Shown here piece after piece: positions 1-9,439 of a stretch of DNA of 64,000 nucleotides; position 1 is the first letter of the stretch; every line of letters begins with the position of its first letter. Below the pieces are notes generated by a model. The model was not told the DNA's origin, ran no database searches, and saw only the letters and a program-made list of their open reading frames with translations. Source of the stretch: Hyphomicrobium sp. 2TAF46 (GTDB taxonomy: Bacteria > Pseudomonadota > Alphaproteobacteria > Rhizobiales > Hyphomicrobiaceae); NCBI RefSeq assembly GCF_052114865.1, contig NZ_JBFRFO010000008.1:210583-274582 (forward strand), given 5' to 3'. Position numbers and translations under genes: made by a program.

Positions 1-418
1 GGCTGTCGGTGGCATCGTCCTGCGAGCCGACACGGGCGATGCCGTCTGGGGATCGAATAGCCGCTTTCATCCGAGCCGGAATCCGGTCAGGGGCGTTGCG
101 CGCGGCGTTCTCAGATGCGAAGCGCGCCGATTGCCGATCCGCCCCGGCCGGTATTCGCTATCGGCGTGGTTAGGTGATTGGCATGAAGATTATGACGCCA
201 GGATTGACGTTCTGAATTTCACCGTCGGTGCGGATGACGCGCATAGCCTGCTTCCGCCGGCTTCGGCTGTGGGCCATCTCGATTGGCCCGCGGAATGGGG
301 CGCGGCCGTCGAGATCGGAGATGCCGCAATCGCATGAGCCGTGCGACGCCGCGACCTCGCAGCAAAGGCGCAGGAGAATTCAGATGCTTCGGAGGAACCA
401 ACGCCGGTTGGAACACAC

Positions 419-1168
419 ATGAGCGAAATTCCCTACCACTTTCACCGCAATGTTCACTCGCTTGCGGGCGCGAGGCACGCGCTGGCCTATCTTCTATCGG
501 GCGGCACATATGCGAGTCTCCTCGACGTCGGCGCCGGTATTGGAACTTGGCTCAGGGCCGCTCGCGAGATGGGCATCCGCGATGTGCTGGGCGTTGACGG
601 CGTCGCTGCCGATCCGGCTGATCTCCATGTCGAAGCCAGCCGCATCAAAACCTTCGATCTGCGCCAGCCGCTGTCTCTCGGAAGGTGCTTCGATGTCGTG
701 CTTTGTCTCGAGGTTGCTGAACACCTTCACGAGCAATGGGCGAGCGCGATCGTGGAGACGCTATGCACGCACGGCGATTACATATTCTTTTCGGCCGCGG
801 CGCCCGGTCAACACGGCGAGCATCATGTAAATTGCCAATGGCCGACATACTGGCAAGCCTTGTTCAACGCGCGTGGTTACGCGTGCCACGACGATATGCG
901 CCCGATCATCTGGAACGACACTATGATCGAACCTTGGTACCGGCAGAACATTTTCTCGGCGCGTCGTGACCCCGAAAGAGCAGGAAAGGAACCCCGCATC
1001 CAACACCTCATTCATCCCGAGATGACGCCTCACATGGATTTCCCGGATTCGCCCATCGCGCGGCGGCATTCTGATCTCTCGCAAGGAAAATATCATCCGG
1101 CCCATTACCTGCGTCTTCTCAATCGCTCGGTAGGCCAACGATATGGCGTGTGCCTGCCGGTTCGCTGA
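419..1168 (+). CDS. class I SAM-dependent methyltransferase
   Basis: Glycine-rich SAM-binding motif LLDVGAGIGTW followed by acidic DVLGVDG. ATG at 419 (MSEIPYHF); upstream part of ORF 341 looks like non-coding extension. Stop adjoins next gene start (coupled). Confidence 0.7.
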   Translation: MSEIPYHFHRNVHSLAGARHALAYLLSGGTYASLLDVGAGIGTWLRAAREMGIRDVLGVDGVAADPADLHVEASRIKTFDLRQPLSLGRCFDVVLCLEVAEHLHEQWASAIVETLCTHGDYIFFSAAAPGQHGEHHVNCQWPTYWQALFNARGYACHDDMRPIIWNDTMIEPWYRQNIFSARRDPERAGKEPRIQHLIHPEMTPHMDFPDSPIARRHSDLSQGKYHPAHYLRLLNRSVGQRYGVCLPVR

Positions 1169-1169
1169 T

Positions 1170-2195
1170 ATGGACGGAATCTCAGTCATCATCTGCGCAC
1201 ACAATAGCGCTGAGCGCATCCGGCCGACGATCGATGCGCTCGCCCGCTGCCGGGCGAATTTCCCAGTCGAAATCATTGTCGTCGATAACAATTCGACCGA
1301 CGGAACCGCAGGACGCGCCAGAGAAGCATGGGATGCATGCGGCAATGATCGTTTTGCGTTCTCGATCGTCGAAGAGCCGCAAGCCGGTCTCGCCTATGCG
1401 CGCCGCGCTGGAGTGCGAGCCGCATCGTTCGGCATCGTCGTCTTCTGCGATGATGATAACTGGCTTGCCGAAGACTATTTGATGCATGCCAAGCGCATCA
1501 TGCGCGATCCCAAAGTGGGTGCCGCTGGCGGCTGCTCGACGCCGGCAAATCCGGAAAACTTGCCGCCCTGGTTTTACACATTCTCGTGGGGCTTCGCCGT
1601 CGGTGTCCCGCTATCGCGAATTGCGCAACTGCCGGACGAGCCGGCAGCGGCGAGGAGCGTCGATGCACTTTGGGGTGCGGGCCTCGTGACCCGGCGAGAC
1701 ATCATCAAATATCTGTACACATTGCCGGGCTTTCCCGCGCTCAGTGGTCGAAAGGGAGCAGAACTCCTCTCGGGCGAAGATCTCGAAATATCAGCCTGTC
1801 TGTTGAGCGCAGGATACAGATTGCTTTTCAGCGAAAGCCTGCGGTTCAAGCACGATATCGCGCCGAAGCGGCTGCAGACGGCTTACGCAAAGCGCCTCTT
1901 TGCCAATTTTGAACGAGGCTTTGTGGTGCACGGACAATATACGAAAATGATCGGAGCGTTCGAAACTCCGTTGCGAGCCGCGAGCGTTGGCTGCGCCCGC
2001 ATCATCAAGCACATGCTCCTCGGCCGGCTGACCCGTGAATCTCTGCTCTCGTTGCTCGCGGCGCTTCGCCTGCCGGCCTTGATGACGAGCGATCAACGGC
2101 GAATATACGAGACGGTGCGGAGCCTGCGTATGCTCCGCTCGCAGAACGTCTCGACGGAGGTGTTGCAGAACGTCGGATCGGAAAGTCCGGCCTAG
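1170..2195 (+). CDS. glycosyltransferase family 2
   Basis: N-terminal GT2 signature ISVIICAHNSAERI...VVDNNSTDGT, DxD-like CDDDN. ATG 1170 lies 2 nt after the methyltransferase stop. Confidence 0.75.
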   Translation: MDGISVIICAHNSAERIRPTIDALARCRANFPVEIIVVDNNSTDGTAGRAREAWDACGNDRFAFSIVEEPQAGLAYARRAGVRAASFGIVVFCDDDNWLAEDYLMHAKRIMRDPKVGAAGGCSTPANPENLPPWFYTFSWGFAVGVPLSRIAQLPDEPAAARSVDALWGAGLVTRRDIIKYLYTLPGFPALSGRKGAELLSGEDLEISACLLSAGYRLLFSESLRFKHDIAPKRLQTAYAKRLFANFERGFVVHGQYTKMIGAFETPLRAASVGCARIIKHMLLGRLTRESLLSLLAALRLPALMTSDQRRIYETVRSLRMLRSQNVSTEVLQNVGSESPA

Positions 2196-2201
2196 CGCTT
2201 C

Positions 2202-3686
2202 ATGAATCTGATTGACGTGGAGCAGCGGCCGTTGCGAGCTGAACGTCCGGTCTGCATCCACTTGGCTGGAGCCTCGAGCATTACGGGCGGCGGCGGCTCC
2301 AACACATTCGTGCGCGCCTTGGCAAGGCGCCAGACCGGTCTTGGTTGGCGGCCGGTCGTCATCCTCAATAAAAATCCGGAAGACGTTGATCGCGCCATAG
2401 CGGCTTCGGCACATGGCGATTTTGAGGTTCGCGTGTTGCCGCCGGTGCTCGGGACGAACAGAAGGGCCTATTACGCCCGCCGTCCGGATGCGGCCCCCGG
2501 CGTTCGTGAACTTTTCGAGGAGCTGAAGCCGGCCGTCGCGCACTTTCACACGCTCGGTCTGACCGCGGGACTGCTGCACCTCGAAGCCGCGAAGGCTGCC
2601 GGCGCGCGGACAATCGTCACCTATCACACGGGCGGCATTTCATGTCCGCAAACCGGACTGCTCGAAAATGGCGTATCGCCATGCGACGGCCGTCTCGAAG
2701 TCACCCGCTGCACCCGTTGCCGGCTCGCCAATCGCAGAATGCCGGTGGGATTGGCTGAGCTGCTCGCGCGAGTCGAAGTAGCGGATGGCAGCCAAAGCCG
2801 CGAGGGTCTTATCGGCCGCATTTTCTCATCGCGTTCGATGACCAGGACCTTCATCAAGTCGTTTCAAGCGGCAATCGAACTGATCGACGTATTTCACATC
2901 CAATCCCGATGGATCGCCGACGTTCTTCGCGGCAATGGAGTGCCTGCCGAGAAGATCGCGTTCGTCGAGATGGGCATTTCGCAAAATCCCGTAGCCTTCG
3001 ATGCCGGCTCGCCTGAGGAATTCAACGAGGCCCGGCCGCTGCGGCTAGTGTTTGCGGGCCGCTGTAGCGACATCAAAGGCATCGAAACGATCCTCGGCGC
3101 GCTGAAGAGAATTGACCCGCGCGCTCCGCTGACTATTTCGCTGTTGGGCTCGGGCTGGAATTCCGATTACGGAGCGCGGCTCCTGCGGCCATTCGCTGGC
3201 GACAAGCGGCTGCTCCCGCCACGGGTCGTCGATGCCGAAGCAATACTCCACGAACTCGTCGCGTTCGATGCGTGCCTGGTACCGTCGGTATGGCTCGAGA
3301 CAGGACCCCTCGCAGTGTACGAGGCCATGGCCGCCGGACTTCCGGTCATCGGCAGCCGTCTCGGCGGCATAGCGGAACGCATTCGGGACAATGTTGACGG
3401 GCTGCTGTTCTCGCCAGGAGACGCGAAGGATTTGGCAGCCCTGATCAAACGCCTGCTCGCTTCTCCCCGCGAACTCCAGAGGCTCCGGCGCAATATTCGT
3501 CCGCAACGCACCTTTGATCATATGGCGCGTGAACTGGACGCGATTTATCGGTGCAAGACCGCGCATGGTACGGCGACGGATGAATTGGACGAAGGAACGT
3601 CACGAGCGGCGGCGGGTTTTCACGGCAAGTCTGAGGTTCAATCGGAGACCGAACGATGTCGCGTGTCGTCGGGATCGACCATATAG
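2202..3686 (+). CDS. glycosyltransferase family 1 (GT4-like)
   Basis: C-terminal GT1 motifs: VFAGRCSDIKGIETIL, EAMAAGLPVIGSRLGGIAERIRDNVDGLLFSPGD (E-x7-E region). Confidence 0.75.
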   Translation: MNLIDVEQRPLRAERPVCIHLAGASSITGGGGSNTFVRALARRQTGLGWRPVVILNKNPEDVDRAIAASAHGDFEVRVLPPVLGTNRRAYYARRPDAAPGVRELFEELKPAVAHFHTLGLTAGLLHLEAAKAAGARTIVTYHTGGISCPQTGLLENGVSPCDGRLEVTRCTRCRLANRRMPVGLAELLARVEVADGSQSREGLIGRIFSSRSMTRTFIKSFQAAIELIDVFHIQSRWIADVLRGNGVPAEKIAFVEMGISQNPVAFDAGSPEEFNEARPLRLVFAGRCSDIKGIETILGALKRIDPRAPLTISLLGSGWNSDYGARLLRPFAGDKRLLPPRVVDAEAILHELVAFDACLVPSVWLETGPLAVYEAMAAGLPVIGSRLGGIAERIRDNVDGLLFSPGDAKDLAALIKRLLASPRELQRLRRNIRPQRTFDHMARELDAIYRCKTAHGTATDELDEGTSRAAAGFHGKSEVQSETERCRVSSGSTI

Positions 3687-4098
3687 CGGTCCGCGTGAGC
3701 GATTTTCCGAAATCGAAGGCCTTCTACGGAGGTCTTTTCGATTTTCTGGGTTTCGAGGTGTTGGACGAGTACGAGGACTCGATCGGTTGGACCAACGGTA
3801 AGACCAGGTATTGGATTAGTCTGGCAGATGCGGACGGAAGCACAAACACCGCACCGGCGATGTCGGTCTTCACCATTATGCATTCCAGCTGCGCAACCGA
3901 AAGGACGTTGATGATCTGCAAGACTATTTGAAAAAGCACAGCATAGAGATCGTAGATCCAGCCGGTGAATATTATGACGATTACTATGCAGTTTTCTTTC
4001 TGGATCCTGACGGCATCAAGCTCGAGGGTATGAAATACGGCGAAAAGCACGAAAAAGCCGAAGCGAAACATCAGAGTAAGGGCCACGCAAAGGCGTGA
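3656..4098 (+). pseudogene. VOC/glyoxalase family protein, apparent frameshift
   Basis: Frame 1 gives IDHIAVRVSDFPKSKAFYGGLFDFLGFEV (glyoxalase N-terminus) and ends at 3931. A second frame from about 3850 continues GDVGLHHYAFQLRNRKDVDDLQDYLKKHSIEIVDPAGEYYDDYYAVFFLDPDGIKLEGMKY, the typical C-half, to the stop at 4098. The two halves are in different frames. Confidence 0.55.
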
Positions 4099-4211
4099 AG
4101 CCGCTATTCCATTCGCTATGGCAGCTGGCCAGGGAACCATACCGGATGGTATAGCGTTTGGCGGTTTGGTCCCGGTGATCTGCGCGGCTGCGCGGGCGAA
4201 AAATCCAGAGA

Positions 4212-5552
4212 GTGCGTTTGGAACATCCTGCGGCCGACACGGCGCCCCCAAGCGAAAATGTCGCCTCTCCCTCGCAGTTTGGAGAAGAGGCGCTTTCAAA
4301 CAGCCGTGATGCGCTTGCTTCCCGCCTGTTCGAGACACGGCGGTATTCTCTGGTTTTGGCAGAGCCGCTCTCAGCCGAAGACATGGTCGTGCAAGCCTCC
4401 GATGATGCCAGTCCTACTAAGTGGCACCTCGCGCACGTAACCTGGTTCTTCGAAAACTTCGTTCTAAGGCCGCATCTTGCTGGCTATCGGGTTTTCGACG
4501 AGGCCTTCAACTACTGCTTCAACTCCTATTACGAAAGCCTGGGGCCGCGGCATCCGCGCCCGAAGCGAGGTCTGTTGACGCGGCCGGCGTCGGAGCGCGT
4601 TTTCGCCTACCGGACCTACGTCGACGAGGCCCTTCGGCGGCTCCTTTCGAGCGACGAGAGTAAAAATGGCGAAATTGAACGGCTGATTGAAATCGGAATT
4701 AATCACGAACAGCAGCATCAAGAGTTGTTGTTGACGGATATCCTCGCACTCTTTGCGGCAAATCCGTTGCGCCCCGCCTATCATGCAAAGCCGTTCGCCA
4801 TCAATCTAACAGAGCCTGAGCCGCTGACGTGGACGGAATATCCGGGCGGCATTGTTGGAATAGGCCATACGGTCGAAGGCTATTGTTGGGACAACGAGCG
4901 GCCAGCGCATGATGCTCTCGTTCAGCCGTTCAAGCTTGCGAATAGGCTCGCCACGAACGCGGAATGGCTCGCCTTCATGGAGGATGGTGGTTACAGCACG
5001 CCGGCGCTCTGGCTCGCGGACGGCTGGTCGACCGTCAATCGCGAGGGCTGGGAATCTCCGCTGTATTGGGAGAAGTCAGACGGCGGCTGGTCGCAGATGT
5101 CGCTTCAAGGCCTGCTTCCCGTCGCCCCTGCCGAACCGGTTGCGCATATCTCCTACTATGAAGCCGATGCGTTCGCCCGATGGGCGGGAAAGCGTTTGCC
5201 GACCGAATTCGAATGGGAAGTGTCGGCGCTCTCTCATGGCGCCGAAGCGGAGGAATCGTCAGGCGTGCTGCGGCCGCAGCGATGCGAAACGACCGCTCCC
5301 AAAAGTCCGAAACAGCTTTTTGGGCAGGTCTGGCAGTGGACTGCGAGCGCATATCTTCCCTATCCGGGCTACCGCCCGCCCGCTGGCGCAATCGGCGAAT
5401 ACAACGGGAAATTCATGGTCGGGCAACACGTGCTGCGCGGCTCCTCGTGCGTCACGCCCTCCGGACATTCCCGCGCGACTTACCGGAATTTCTTTTATCC
5501 CCACCAGCGCTGGCAGTTCCTCGGCTTGCGCCTCGCGGCGGAGGCCGAGTAA
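4212..5552 (+). CDS. egtB: ergothioneine biosynthesis sulfoxide synthase EgtB
   Basis: DinB_2-like N-terminal half (WHLAHVTWFFENF, INHEQQHQELLLTDI) plus FGE-sulfatase-like C-terminal half (HVLRGSSCVTP, RNFFYP). Immediately followed by egtD with a TAATG stop/start overlap. Confidence 0.85.
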   Translation: MRLEHPAADTAPPSENVASPSQFGEEALSNSRDALASRLFETRRYSLVLAEPLSAEDMVVQASDDASPTKWHLAHVTWFFENFVLRPHLAGYRVFDEAFNYCFNSYYESLGPRHPRPKRGLLTRPASERVFAYRTYVDEALRRLLSSDESKNGEIERLIEIGINHEQQHQELLLTDILALFAANPLRPAYHAKPFAINLTEPEPLTWTEYPGGIVGIGHTVEGYCWDNERPAHDALVQPFKLANRLATNAEWLAFMEDGGYSTPALWLADGWSTVNREGWESPLYWEKSDGGWSQMSLQGLLPVAPAEPVAHISYYEADAFARWAGKRLPTEFEWEVSALSHGAEAEESSGVLRPQRCETTAPKSPKQLFGQVWQWTASAYLPYPGYRPPAGAIGEYNGKFMVGQHVLRGSSCVTPSGHSRATYRNFFYPHQRWQFLGLRLAAEAE

Positions 5553-6517
5553 TGCGTCACGTTCCAACGCTCGAAAGATTACCGGCAAGCGTAACGGCAG
5601 TGGCCGGCGATTTTTCGCTGAGCGTCATTGAAGGATTGTCGCGCGCAAAAAAAATACTGCCGTGCCGCTTCTTCTACGACGCGCGCGGTAGCTGCTTGTT
5701 TGAGGAAATCACGCAGCTTCCGGAGTATTACCCGACGCGAACCGAGATCGGAATCCTCAATGCACGTGCTGCGGAGATCGTGAAGGGCTTTTCAAGCGGC
5801 GATGTTCTCGTGGAATTCGGATCGGGCTCAAGCCGGAAGACGGAAATCCTGCTCGACCGTATCGCCGATCGTGTTGTCTACGTTCCCATAGACGTTTCTG
5901 AGGCGGCGTTGGCTGAGGCAGTTTTCCGCCTGGAAGAGAGATATCCCGCACTCGAGATCAGGCCGCTCGTCGCGGACTTCTCAAGTCTGACGAAACTTCC
6001 GCATGAATTTTCTGGCTCTCGCAGAACGGGCTTTTTCCCGGGCTCGACAATCGGCAACCTTGCGCCGGGTGACGCTGCCGCTTTGCTTGCAAAGTTCAGA
6101 AAAGTCTTGGGAGAACGCGGCCGGTTAATCATCGGCGTTGATCTAAAAAAAGACGCGCGCGTTCTCGTTCGAGCCTATAATGATGCGGCCGGTATCACCG
6201 CCGCCTTCAATCTGAATCTTCTGGTTCGCATCAATCGCGAACTCGCCGGCACGTTTGATTTGACCGCCTTTCATCATAGGGCGATCTACAATCCCCGCTC
6301 CGGCCGTATCGAAATGCACCTCGTCAGCGATCGCGCGCAGGATGTCATGGTGTGCGGGCGGCGCTTTCATTTCGCCAATGGCGAAAGCATCCACACCGAA
6401 AACTCCTATAAGTACACGGTATCGGAGTTTCGTGCGCTCGCCGAAAAGGCCAGCTGGAAAACCAGTCGTGTGCTGACCGATGCCAACGAGCAATTCAGCG
6501 TTCACGAGCTGATCTAA
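5552..6517 (+). CDS. egtD: L-histidine N-alpha-methyltransferase EgtD
   Basis: EgtD hallmark LPEYYPTRTE, SAM motif EFGSGSSRKT. ATG at 5552 overlaps the egtB stop. The upstream portion of ORF 5180 is treated as out-of-gene. Confidence 0.85.
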   Translation: MRHVPTLERLPASVTAVAGDFSLSVIEGLSRAKKILPCRFFYDARGSCLFEEITQLPEYYPTRTEIGILNARAAEIVKGFSSGDVLVEFGSGSSRKTEILLDRIADRVVYVPIDVSEAALAEAVFRLEERYPALEIRPLVADFSSLTKLPHEFSGSRRTGFFPGSTIGNLAPGDAAALLAKFRKVLGERGRLIIGVDLKKDARVLVRAYNDAAGITAAFNLNLLVRINRELAGTFDLTAFHHRAIYNPRSGRIEMHLVSDRAQDVMVCGRRFHFANGESIHTENSYKYTVSEFRALAEKASWKTSRVLTDANEQFSVHELI

Positions 6518-6528
6518 GGTCAATACAA

Positions 6529-6557
6529 GGCGTGCGGAGAAATCATCTTCGCACGCC
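6529..6557 (+). terminator. weak hairpin downstream of egtD
   Basis: Stem ggcgtgcg/cgcacgcc with a 13-nt loop, followed by gttgctgtcgc (few T). Read directly from sequence. Confidence 0.3.
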
Positions 6558-6680
6558 GTTGCTGTCGCGCAGCGGCCGGTTGAATGTTGTGGCGAACGCT
6601 TATCCACAACGGCCTTTGTCCAAAGTCGGAACTGGCGCAGGCATGCTGCCGTTTTTCTCAGGAACGGGAGGACGGACGAA

Positions 6681-6780
6681 ATGAACGCAAACCTTTTGCC
6701 GCTTGAAATCATCCTCGCACTACAGACGATTACCGCTGCGGTCATTTGCTGGATTTTTGTCTTTGGACAGAACGACTAAT
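6681..6780 (+). CDS. candidate 32-aa hydrophobic small protein
   Basis: ATG preceded by GGGAGGA 8 nt upstream. Translation MNANLLPLEIILALQTITAAVICWIFVFGQND has a single TM-like segment. Not in ORF track (under 60 aa). Confidence 0.3.
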
Positions 6781-7017
6781 GATGTCCGGAGTTTCAACAT
6801 CGGTGTCGCGCGCCAGTTCGATGTCGTACAGTCGGTTAAGACGCTCGAGGATCGGCCGCGAGGTGATCCAATCCATGTCTTCTTGCAGGATCTCCTTCAG
6901 GCGCTCCGTTATTCGATCGGTGAAGATCTCGACCCAGTCTCGCTGCGGCTCGCGTCGCGCGATTGATCCCGATGGATCGCTTTCGATGCGCCGGTTACTC
7001 AACTTACTCAAGCTCAC
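6742..7017 (-). CDS. hypothetical protein (downstream half or coupled gene)
   Basis: 91-aa ORF in 4-nt overlap with the 7014..7283 ORF. Function unknown. Confidence 0.3.
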   Translation of the reverse strand: MSLSKLSNRRIESDPSGSIARREPQRDWVEIFTDRITERLKEILQEDMDWITSRPILERLNRLYDIELARDTDVETPDIISRSVQRQKSSK

Positions 7018-7283
7018 TGCGATGTTCCAAATGGCTGCATGTTCTCGACTGGCCAGACAAAATACCCGTTTGCGGCCATGCCGCGGAGAATGGGTTCAGG
7101 GTCTATTCCGAACGGCGTGACTTCCTGAACGCCGAGTTGGAATTCCTGAGCAAAGTTCCATTGGCAAACTCGGGGGTGCGGCAGATTTCGGCCGTCGCGG
7201 TCGAACGTCACGGCGCTCAACGTGCGGGCGGAATTAACGAACAAAAACGCCTTCTGGGCGTCATCCCGAATATGATCGCTCAT
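7014..7283 (-). CDS. hypothetical protein (upstream half of a possibly split gene)
   Basis: 89-aa ORF whose stop overlaps the start of the next minus-strand ORF (6742..7017) by 4 nt. No motif recognised. Confidence 0.3.
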   Translation of the reverse strand: MSDHIRDDAQKAFLFVNSARTLSAVTFDRDGRNLPHPRVCQWNFAQEFQLGVQEVTPFGIDPEPILRGMAANGYFVWPVENMQPFGTSQ

Positions 7284-7512
7284 GACTATGTAATCGCTCT
7301 CGTCAGCGCCAGTTCCCGAGGCGGGGTCAGCGTGAGAAGGACGCTCAAGTGCAAGCCGGTCTTGTGAAAGACTGTAAGCGCAGGATGAGCAGTCGGCGTA
7401 TCTTACTGCATGATCTATTTAATATTATCCGTGGCGGGACGCAGTGATGGCTGGTCATCGGGAGAGGCGCTTGGTAATAAGGCCGTCCCTTGAATGATCG
7501 CCTAAGAGCGAA

Positions 7513-8994
7513 ATGCCCCCCGATCCGCAAAGACTTCTTCGTACGACGTATACGTTTGGCGTGGCCGCTCTCGTGGCTCTCGTGCTTTTAATGATCACCT
7601 CGTTCTGGCTCGTTCAGAGAACTCAGTCCACCACGGAAAGCGTTTTGAAGGCCCGCTTCCAGCGCACGGCGCTCGTGCGGCTTCTATCAACAGTGCAGGA
7701 TGCGGAAACAGGCCAACGAGGCTATCTGCTGACGGGTGAGCCTCGCTATCTCCAACCTTACGAGACCGCCGTTGCAGATTTAGGAAAGCGGCTTGCAGAG
7801 GTTCGTGCGGCGTTCGCTGAGAGGCCGCAGGACAATTCACAAATCGAGCATATCGAAACGGAGATCGCTCAAAAGCTCTCCGAGTTGGCGGAGACCATCC
7901 TGGCGTTCAAAGCGGGAAGAACGTCCGAAGCCCTCGATATCGTCAAGACGGACCGCGGCAAGAACCTGATGGACCAGATCCGCGTTTCGATTGGAAAGGT
8001 CCTTGAGGAGGTCGATAGAAATTTGAGCGAAGGCGTCGAAGAGCAGCGTGTCGACGCCGCCGCGGCCCGTCAGTTCTCGCTTTTGGCGGGCGCCTTCATT
8101 CTTCTGACGGCTCTGGGCGCCATCGCAACGATCGTTAGGTACACCCGACAGCTGGTTGCAGCCCGCAATGAACTCGGGGACCTCAACACCGGCCTTGAAA
8201 GTCGCGTTAAGGAACGGACAACGGACCTGCAACGCGCCAACGAAGAGATCCAGCGGTTCGCCTACATCGTCAGTCACGACCTGCGGGCGCCCCTCGTTAA
8301 CGTAATGGGCTACACGAGCGAGTTGGAGTCGAGTCTCGAAACGCTGCAGGCGTTGACGGGCGATCCCGGGTTCAACGCGCTCGCGAATGCTGAAGCTACA
8401 AAAGCTGCCATCGAGAGCGATCTGCCGGAGTCCATCGGGTTCATTCGCACCTCGACCCAGAAGATGGATGGCCTCATAAAAGCTATATTGAAGCTATCCC
8501 GTGAAGGGCAGCGAGTGCTTTCGCCGGAACGCATAGACCTCGGTGATTTTTTCGATTCCATTGCCGATCTTGTCCAGCACCGAGTTTCCTCTGCCGGCGG
8601 AGAAATTCGCATCGTGAAGCCCCTGGCCATTATTGAGGGCGACAGGCTTGCTCTTGAGCAAATCTTTGGGAACCTCGTGGATAATGCGCTGAAGTACCGT
8701 GCCAAGGACCGGCCGCCCGTAGTGACGGTCCGCCAGGTCTCCAGCCGTTGGGGGATGATCGACATTGTCGTCGAAGACAATGGACGTGGAATTTCCGCCG
8801 AGGATCAGGAAAGGGTCTTCGACCTTTTCCGCCGGGCCGGTCCCCAGGATCAGCAGGGAGAGGGCATCGGTCTGGCACACGTCCGAGCTCTCGTCAGAAG
8901 GCTCGGCGGGGAAATAACGATGACATCGGAATTGGGCCGCGGGACCGCGTTTCGCGTAACCCTGCCAACCAAATTGATTATCCGAAGGGACTGA
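7513..8994 (+). CDS. CHASE3 domain sensor histidine kinase
   Basis: N-terminal TM, CHASE3 signature GYLLTGEPRYLQPYETA, second TM, H-box FAYIVSHDLRAPL, HATPase G-boxes (VEDNGRGIS, GEGIGLAHV). Confidence 0.85.
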   Translation: MPPDPQRLLRTTYTFGVAALVALVLLMITSFWLVQRTQSTTESVLKARFQRTALVRLLSTVQDAETGQRGYLLTGEPRYLQPYETAVADLGKRLAEVRAAFAERPQDNSQIEHIETEIAQKLSELAETILAFKAGRTSEALDIVKTDRGKNLMDQIRVSIGKVLEEVDRNLSEGVEEQRVDAAAARQFSLLAGAFILLTALGAIATIVRYTRQLVAARNELGDLNTGLESRVKERTTDLQRANEEIQRFAYIVSHDLRAPLVNVMGYTSELESSLETLQALTGDPGFNALANAEATKAAIESDLPESIGFIRTSTQKMDGLIKAILKLSREGQRVLSPERIDLGDFFDSIADLVQHRVSSAGGEIRIVKPLAIIEGDRLALEQIFGNLVDNALKYRAKDRPPVVTVRQVSSRWGMIDIVVEDNGRGISAEDQERVFDLFRRAGPQDQQGEGIGLAHVRALVRRLGGEITMTSELGRGTAFRVTLPTKLIIRRD

Positions 8995-8998
8995 TAGC

Positions 8999-9439
8999 GT
9001 GAGTGGAAATGCAGTACGGATCGTAATGATCGAAGATGACGCCGGACATGCTCGGCTCATCGAGCGGAATATTCGCCGCGCCGGAGTCAACAACGAAATT
9101 CTACCGTTTGCCACCGGGACGGATGCTCTGGCCTATCTCTTCGGAGCTGACGGCAGCGGCGAAGTCAGTGCCAAACGGCATCTCTTGGTGTTGTTGGACC
9201 TCAATTTGCCGGACATGACGGGCGTCGGCATCCTAGAGAAGATCAAGGCGAACGAACATACCCGCCGAATTCCCGTGGTCGTTCTGACGACGACCGATGA
9301 CGAGCGCGAAATCAAGCGCTGCTATGACCTTGGAGCGAATGTCTACATTACGAAGCCCGTTGACTACGACAACTTCTCCAACGCCATTCGCCAGCTCGGG
9401 ATGTTCTTCTCGGTGATACAGGTTCCGGAAACCAAGTGA
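8999..9439 (+). CDS. single-domain response regulator (receiver)
   Basis: IVMIEDD...LLVLLDLNLPDMTG...KP motifs. GTG start. 4 nt after kinase stop. Confidence 0.8.
   Translation: MSGNAVRIVMIEDDAGHARLIERNIRRAGVNNEILPFATGTDALAYLFGADGSGEVSAKRHLLVLLDLNLPDMTGVGILEKIKANEHTRRIPVVVLTTTDDEREIKRCYDLGANVYITKPVDYDNFSNAIRQLGMFFSVIQVPETK

Noticed and set aside
1791-2627. 278-aa minus-strand ORF
   Set aside because: Antisense to the GT2 and GT1 genes, which both have clear family motifs. Arg-rich composition typical of spurious high-GC ORFs.
6143-6745. 200-aa minus-strand ORF
   Set aside because: Lies antisense within egtD and the terminator region. High-GC antisense frame, no motifs.
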